Below are positions 58,837 through 64,000 of a stretch of 64,000 bases of DNA, one piece after another (position 1 is the stretch's first letter; each line of letters starts with the position of its first letter). The position numbers and the translations under genes are program-made. The notes beneath the pieces are model-generated. The model worked only from the letters and a program-made list of their open reading frames with translations, was not told the origin of the DNA and did no database searches. Source of the stretch: Fibrobacteria bacterium (GTDB taxonomy: Bacteria > Fibrobacterota > Fibrobacteria > UBA11236); NCBI GenBank assembly GCA_043745805.1, contig JAYTSD010000001.1, positions 32,001-96,000 on the forward strand, in the 5' to 3' direction.

Positions 58837-59466
58837 TTACTTAGCAGGTGCAGGAGTGGGTGCTGGCGCATTAAAATCAACCTTAGGAGCGGTTGAAATT
58901 TCCTTTTCATTGTCCACCGTAAAATTGGCTTTAGTGGTATAACCAAAAATTTTCGCCGTGAGATTGGAAGGGAAAGAGCGTACTGTAACATTGTACTGTT
59001 GCACGGATTGAATATAACGATTACGTGCTACGGTGATGCGGTTTTCCGTACCTTCGAGTTGGGCTTGTAAATCACGAAAGCCTCCATCAGCTTTAAGTTG
59101 AGGATAATTTTCCGCAACCACCATTAAGCGTGACAAAGAACCTTTCAATTGATTTTGCGCAGCTTGGAATTTCGCAAAGGCTTGTTCATTATTAATGAGC
59201 TCAGGGGTGATTTGTATAGAGCCTACGCGCGAGCGGGCTTCGGCAATTTCCGTCAACACTTTTTCTTCATGAGTGGCATAACCTTTTACCACATTGACTA
59301 AATTGGGAATCAAATCCGAGCGGCGTTGATATTGATTAACAACTTCCGACCAACTGGCTTTAACCTCTTCATCCATGGACTGAAAACTATTATAGCCGCA
59401 GCCGGACAAAGCAAAAATCCATACGCTAAGCAAAGACCAGAATCCGATTTTAATTAATTTGGACAT
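58837..59466 (-). CDS. lemA: LemA family lipoprotein
   Basis: GCGYN, YQRRSDLIPNLV, ENYPQLKA, ENRI.VAR. Confidence 0.92.
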   Translation of the reverse strand: MSKLIKIGFWSLLSVWIFALSGCGYNSFQSMDEEVKASWSEVVNQYQRRSDLIPNLVNVVKGYATHEEKVLTEIAEARSRVGSIQITPELINNEQAFAKFQAAQNQLKGSLSRLMVVAENYPQLKADGGFRDLQAQLEGTENRITVARNRYIQSVQQYNVTVRSFPSNLTAKIFGYTTKANFTVDNEKEISTAPKVDFNAPAPTPAPAK

Positions 59467-59587
59467 AAAACTCTCCTTAAATAAAGCTCATTTAAGATAC
59501 TAAAAACTATCTTTATTCTTGGTTTTGGGACTTCGAAAAGTCTTTAAGATTTTGAAGATTGTTTCGTATTAGAACAGAGGAGGGCCT

Positions 59588-60727
59588 ATGTTAGGCAAAA
59601 AATCTAAAATTATTTTTTCTTGCATCTCTATAATCACTTTGATGGCTTGCAACAAAAAAGAAAATACGCAAGAAATTGTAATCGGTGAATATGGATCTTT
59701 AACTGGAGCTACGGCAACTTTTGGGATTAGTACACAACGTGGTGTGGAAATGGCGATTGATTCCATCAACAAAAGTGGTGGCGTGCTCGGTAAAAAAATC
59801 CGTGTAATAGTTGAAGACGATCAAGGAAAGCCCGAAGAAGCGCAAACCGTTGTGACCAAATTAATTAATAAGGATCGTGTGGTTGCAGTATTAGGCGAGG
59901 TGGCATCCTCCAATAGCTTGGCGGCAGCGCCTGTATGTCAAAGTAACCGTATCCCCATGATTACCCCCTCTTCCACAAACCCCAAAGTGACGCAAGTCGG
60001 GGATTTTATTTTTCGCGTCTGCTTTATCGATCCTTTTCAAGGGGCGGTGATGGCAAAATTTGCCCGTAACACTTTAAAAGTAGATCATATCGCTATTTTG
60101 CGCGACATCAAAAGCGATTATTCCGTAGGGCTCTCAAATTATTTCAAAGAAAATTTTCAAAAGCTCGGGGGTACTATTGATGCCGATGAAAGTTATAGTC
60201 AAGGTGATAAAGATTTTGGCGCACAACTCACCTCACTCAAAGGCAAAAACCCGCAAGCCATTTTTGTTCCTGGTTACTATACCGAAGTAGGATTAATCGC
60301 GCGCCAAGCTCGTACCTTAGGTATTACTGCCCCTTTACTCGGTGGCGATGGATGGGATTCTTCTAAGTTATTCGAAATTGGTGGCGAAGCTTTGAATGGA
60401 TGTTTTTATTCCAATCATTATTCCATGGACAATCCCAGTCCAGCGGTGCAGAGTTTTGTAAAACAATATCAAATCCGTTATAAAAATGAAGTGCCCGATG
60501 CCTTATGTGCTTTGGGTTACGATGCGGCCATGCTTTTAGCCGATGCCATGAAACGCGCTGGTAGCACGGATGCTAACCTCGTAAAAACTGCTTTAACGCA
60601 AACCCAAAGTTTTCAAGGTTTAACCGGATCAATTAATTTAGATGCTAATCGTGATGCCGTGAAATCTGCCGTGGTGGTAGAAATTCAAAATGGCAAAAAT
60701 CAATTTAAGGAATCGGTAAACCCTTAA
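59588..60727 (+). CDS. livK: Branched-chain amino acid ABC substrate-binding lipoprotein
   Basis: LMAC lipobox, type I PBP, liv operon context. Confidence 0.85.
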   Translation: MLGKKSKIIFSCISIITLMACNKKENTQEIVIGEYGSLTGATATFGISTQRGVEMAIDSINKSGGVLGKKIRVIVEDDQGKPEEAQTVVTKLINKDRVVAVLGEVASSNSLAAAPVCQSNRIPMITPSSTNPKVTQVGDFIFRVCFIDPFQGAVMAKFARNTLKVDHIAILRDIKSDYSVGLSNYFKENFQKLGGTIDADESYSQGDKDFGAQLTSLKGKNPQAIFVPGYYTEVGLIARQARTLGITAPLLGGDGWDSSKLFEIGGEALNGCFYSNHYSMDNPSPAVQSFVKQYQIRYKNEVPDALCALGYDAAMLLADAMKRAGSTDANLVKTALTQTQSFQGLTGSINLDANRDAVKSAVVVEIQNGKNQFKESVNP

Positions 60728-60750
60728 ATTAAATAGCTTCAAGGGCCATC

Positions 60751-61650
60751 ATGCACAGTTTTGTTCAGCAACTTATTAACGGCATTTCCTTGGGTAGTAT
60801 CTATGCCTTGGTGGCTTTAGGTTACACCATGGTTTATGGTGTTTTGCGCCTCATTAATTTTGCCCATGGCGATGTGTATATGTTAGGGGCTTATTTTGGA
60901 TATTTTACGGCACGCCTCACGCGTCCCTTTGGCCTAGAGCCATGGTTGGATATTTTGGTAGTGATGTTAGCGGCCATGCTCGCTTGTGCTTTGATTGGTT
61001 TACTCATTGAACGCTTCGCTTATCGACCTGTGCGCAAGGCTTCGCGCTTAACTTCCTTAATTGTAGCGATTGGGCTTTCTTTGTTGATTGAAAATTTAGG
61101 ACAAATAATTTTTGGTGCGGATCCTAAATTTTTCCCCCAAGTTATTCCCGAAAAAGCCTGGCATTGGAAAGGTATTGTCTTTACCAATCAACAAATGGTG
61201 ATTATGCATGTAGCATTAATATTAATGATATTATTAAATATTTTTATTTTTAAAACACGCACGGGCAAAGCCATGCGCGCCGTCTCTTTCAATTTAGATG
61301 CCGCCAAATTAATGGGTATTGATACCGATAAAATTATTTCCTTAACCTTTGCCTTAGGATCCGCCTTAGCGGCAGCGGCAGGAATTTTGGTGTCTTTGAA
61401 TCAACCGGGTATTGATCCCCTAATGGGTGTGATGACTGGCCTCAAAGCTTTTGTTGCTGCAGTGCTGGGCGGCATTGGAAATATTTATGGAGCCGTATTG
61501 GGTGGGCTTTTATTAGGACTTGCCGAAGTAATGGTATCGGGCTATGGATCCTCTACTTACCGCGATGCCATTGCTTTTTTAATATTGATCGCAATTTTGC
61601 TTTTTAAGCCATCGGGTTTATTAGGCAAAGGACAAGTTGAAAAAGTTTGA
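60751..61650 (+). CDS. livH: BCAA ABC permease
   Basis: GSIYALVALGYTMVYG, INFAHG. Confidence 0.92.
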   Translation: MHSFVQQLINGISLGSIYALVALGYTMVYGVLRLINFAHGDVYMLGAYFGYFTARLTRPFGLEPWLDILVVMLAAMLACALIGLLIERFAYRPVRKASRLTSLIVAIGLSLLIENLGQIIFGADPKFFPQVIPEKAWHWKGIVFTNQQMVIMHVALILMILLNIFIFKTRTGKAMRAVSFNLDAAKLMGIDTDKIISLTFALGSALAAAAGILVSLNQPGIDPLMGVMTGLKAFVAAVLGGIGNIYGAVLGGLLLGLAEVMVSGYGSSTYRDAIAFLILIAILLFKPSGLLGKGQVEKV

Positions 61651-62702
61651 ATCAGAGCATGGCTGATAAATCTGTTAAAATTATCCAGTCTCAAAAAAAA
61701 CTATCGCAATTAATTTCGCCCTTTCAAAGCTGGCAAGGACTTTTACTTTGGCTCGGGGTTTTATGGATCTTTAGTCACGGCGTCCAATATTTCTTTTTAG
61801 AAGGCCCCTTTCGCGAAGGTCCCTATTATTATCAAATAATCATGTTGACCGGCATTAATATTATTTTGGCCGTAAGTTTAAATTTAACCAATGGTATCAC
61901 CGGCCAATTTTCAATTGGACATGCGGGTTTCTTTGCCATTGGCGCTTATACTGCCGCATTTTTCACCAGTGTTTATGGTCCAGGATTAAGATTGGCATTC
62001 GGTTTTTTGCCGGTCGCCTTACAAGATCCTATCCTGCTTTTGTGTGCTTTGGCCGTAGCCGCAGTGGCAGCAGGTTGTGCGGGCTTACTGGTGGGTATTC
62101 CTTCTTTACGCCTACGCGGAGATTATTTAGCTATAGTCACTTTGGGATTCGGAGAAATTATTCGCGTAATGATTTTAAATATCGATGCGGTCGGTGGTGC
62201 TCGAGGATTTATTGGCATTCCCCACTTGAGTAATTTCTTTTGGGTTTATGGTTTAGGACTTGTCACGGTCGCTACCGTAATTTACTTGTTACATTCCAGC
62301 TATGGCCGCGCCTTTATTGCTATACGCGAAAATGAAATTGCCGCGCAGGCCATGGGTGTAAATATTACGCGCTATAAAGTATTGGCATTTGTAGTGAGTT
62401 CAGTGTTTGCTGGCATGGCCGGCTGTTTATTTGGTCATCATACTTTGTATTTACATACCAACTCTTTCACCTTCATAAAATCTTTTGAAATCATTATCAT
62501 GATTTCTTTGGGTGGTTTAGGAAGTTTAGAAGGAGCTGTTTTAGGCGCTATTGTACTTACAGTTTTACCGGAAATGTTTCGTGGATTCGAAAGTTACCGT
62601 ATGGTGATTTATTCCTTAGTATTAATTATTGTAATGATATTTCGCCCTCAAGGCATACTGGGTCAATTGGCTTTTTTCCGAAACAAAACGGAGAAAAAAT
62701 AA
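61647..62702 (+). CDS. livM: BCAA ABC permease
   Basis: LRLRGDYLAIVTLGFGEI. Confidence 0.92.
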   Translation: MNQSMADKSVKIIQSQKKLSQLISPFQSWQGLLLWLGVLWIFSHGVQYFFLEGPFREGPYYYQIIMLTGINIILAVSLNLTNGITGQFSIGHAGFFAIGAYTAAFFTSVYGPGLRLAFGFLPVALQDPILLLCALAVAAVAAGCAGLLVGIPSLRLRGDYLAIVTLGFGEIIRVMILNIDAVGGARGFIGIPHLSNFFWVYGLGLVTVATVIYLLHSSYGRAFIAIRENEIAAQAMGVNITRYKVLAFVVSSVFAGMAGCLFGHHTLYLHTNSFTFIKSFEIIIMISLGGLGSLEGAVLGAIVLTVLPEMFRGFESYRMVIYSLVLIIVMIFRPQGILGQLAFFRNKTEKK

Positions 62703-63463
62703 TGCCTTTACTTTCCGTGCAACAAGTGCAAAAAGTTTTTGGTGGCCTCGTCGCTACCAAAGACATGCATTTAAATGTGGAAGAGGGGGAGTTGTTCGGT
62801 TTGATTGGGCCTAATGGGGCGGGTAAAACCACATTATTTAATTTGATTACTGGCGTTTATGCGCCTACCTCGGGAGATATTTTTTTAGCCGGAAATCCCA
62901 TACAAGGCTTGCCGCCCCATCGTATAGCGGCTTTGGGCATAGCACGTACTTTTCAAAATATCCGTTTATTTGAATCGATGACGGTGCTGGAAAATGTTAA
63001 AGTTTCTCAGCATATGCGCAAAAAGCAAAATCTTTTTTCGGTACTTTTTCGCACGAAGGCTTTTGATCTCGAAGAAAAAGACATGGAAGAAGCGGCACTG
63101 GGCTTATTGGAAATTTTACAGCTAGATAAATATCGGGATGAATTAGCGAAAAACTTACCCTATGGATCGCAGCGTCGTTTAGAAATAGCACGCGCTTTAG
63201 CTACGCAACCAAAGTTATTATTACTGGATGAACCTGCGGCAGGCATGAATCCACAAGAGTCTATCGAGTTAATGCATTTAATTCGCCGTGTGCGCGATGA
63301 ATTTAAATTGACCATACTTTTAGTAGAGCATAATATGAAAGTTGTGATGGGGGTATGTGAACGCATACAAGTGATTGATCATGGGGAGACGATTGCCCTT
63401 GGGGATCCGGCATCAATTCGGCATGATGCCAAAGTGATTGAAGCCTATTTAGGAAAAAGCTAA
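62702..63463 (+). CDS. livG: BCAA ABC ATPase
   Basis: GPNGAGKTT, RTFQ, LPYG, DEPAAG. Confidence 0.93.
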   Translation: MPLLSVQQVQKVFGGLVATKDMHLNVEEGELFGLIGPNGAGKTTLFNLITGVYAPTSGDIFLAGNPIQGLPPHRIAALGIARTFQNIRLFESMTVLENVKVSQHMRKKQNLFSVLFRTKAFDLEEKDMEEAALGLLEILQLDKYRDELAKNLPYGSQRRLEIARALATQPKLLLLDEPAAGMNPQESIELMHLIRRVRDEFKLTILLVEHNMKVVMGVCERIQVIDHGETIALGDPASIRHDAKVIEAYLGKS

Positions 63464-64000
63464 TGGCCTTATTATCCTTGCAAACAGTTTCTACTCGTTA
63501 CGGTGCCATACAAGCTTTGGACAAAATAGATTTTTACGTGGATCAAGGGGAAATTGTTACCCTCATCGGTGCGAATGGCGCAGGTAAATCCACCGTATTA
63601 CGTAGCATTATGCAATTAGTGAAACCGCAAGCTGGGGAAATTTATTTCGATAAAATTTTATTGAATCGTTTGCCTACTCATCGCATTGCCGCACTTGGTA
63701 TTGCTTTGGTTCCGGAAGGTCGTGCCATTTTTGCAAACCTCACGGTACTCGAGAATTTGGAAATGGGAGCTTTTTTACAAAAAAATAATAATCAACTCAA
63801 AATAGATTTAGAACATGTTTATGATTTATTTCCCCGCTTAGCTGAAAGGCAAAAACAAGTGTCGGGTACCTTGAGTGGTGGTGAGCAGCAAATGCTTGCG
63901 ATTGGCCGCGCCTTAATGGCTCATCCTAGGCTTATGCTTTTAGACGAACCTTCTTTGGGTATTGCACCACTTTTGGTGCAAATCATTTATCAGGCTATTG
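63463..64000 (+). CDS. livF: BCAA ABC ATPase (3'-truncated by the window edge)
   Basis: ATG at 63463 (TAATG overlap); GANGAGKST, VPEGR, LSGGEQQMLA, LDEPSLG. Confidence 0.9.
   Translation, partial: MALLSLQTVSTRYGAIQALDKIDFYVDQGEIVTLIGANGAGKSTVLRSIMQLVKPQAGEIYFDKILLNRLPTHRIAALGIALVPEGRAIFANLTVLENLEMGAFLQKNNNQLKIDLEHVYDLFPRLAERQKQVSGTLSGGEQQMLAIGRALMAHPRLMLLDEPSLGIAPLLVQIIYQAI

Overview
Bacterial chromosomal window, AT-rich by eye. It is probably Fibrobacterota-like, inferred from secreted proteins with T9SS/FlgD-like tails and several lineage-style hypothetical proteins. Core genes include rimO, a DUF349 protein, an 11-subunit complex I-like operon without NuoEFG (with a NuoB-C fusion, coupled to queD), miaA, pdxJ, mnmA, an ECF sigma/YCII pair, rapA, trxB, lemA/TPM and livKHMGF. 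Three areas stand out. (1) An orphan sigma54 promoter drives a ~110-nt structured, terminated, non-coding unit at 1.9-2.03 kb, a candidate novel sRNA. (2) An accessory array of minus-strand exported/lipoprotein genes spans 5.7-15.3 kb. It contains a 4,250-bp integrase-less unit bounded by a duplicated 3' end of the DUF349 gene, a duplicated 49-bp Pho-box-like element, a TIMP-like protein, a frameshifted Cys-rich lipoprotein and a GC-rich insert. (3) A sigma54/NtrC chemosensory-like locus spans 42-52.5 kb, and several of its components lack catalytic residues, including a histidine kinase whose H-box was removed by an in-frame microhomology deletion. No CRISPR array, rRNA, tRNA, integrase or transposase was seen.
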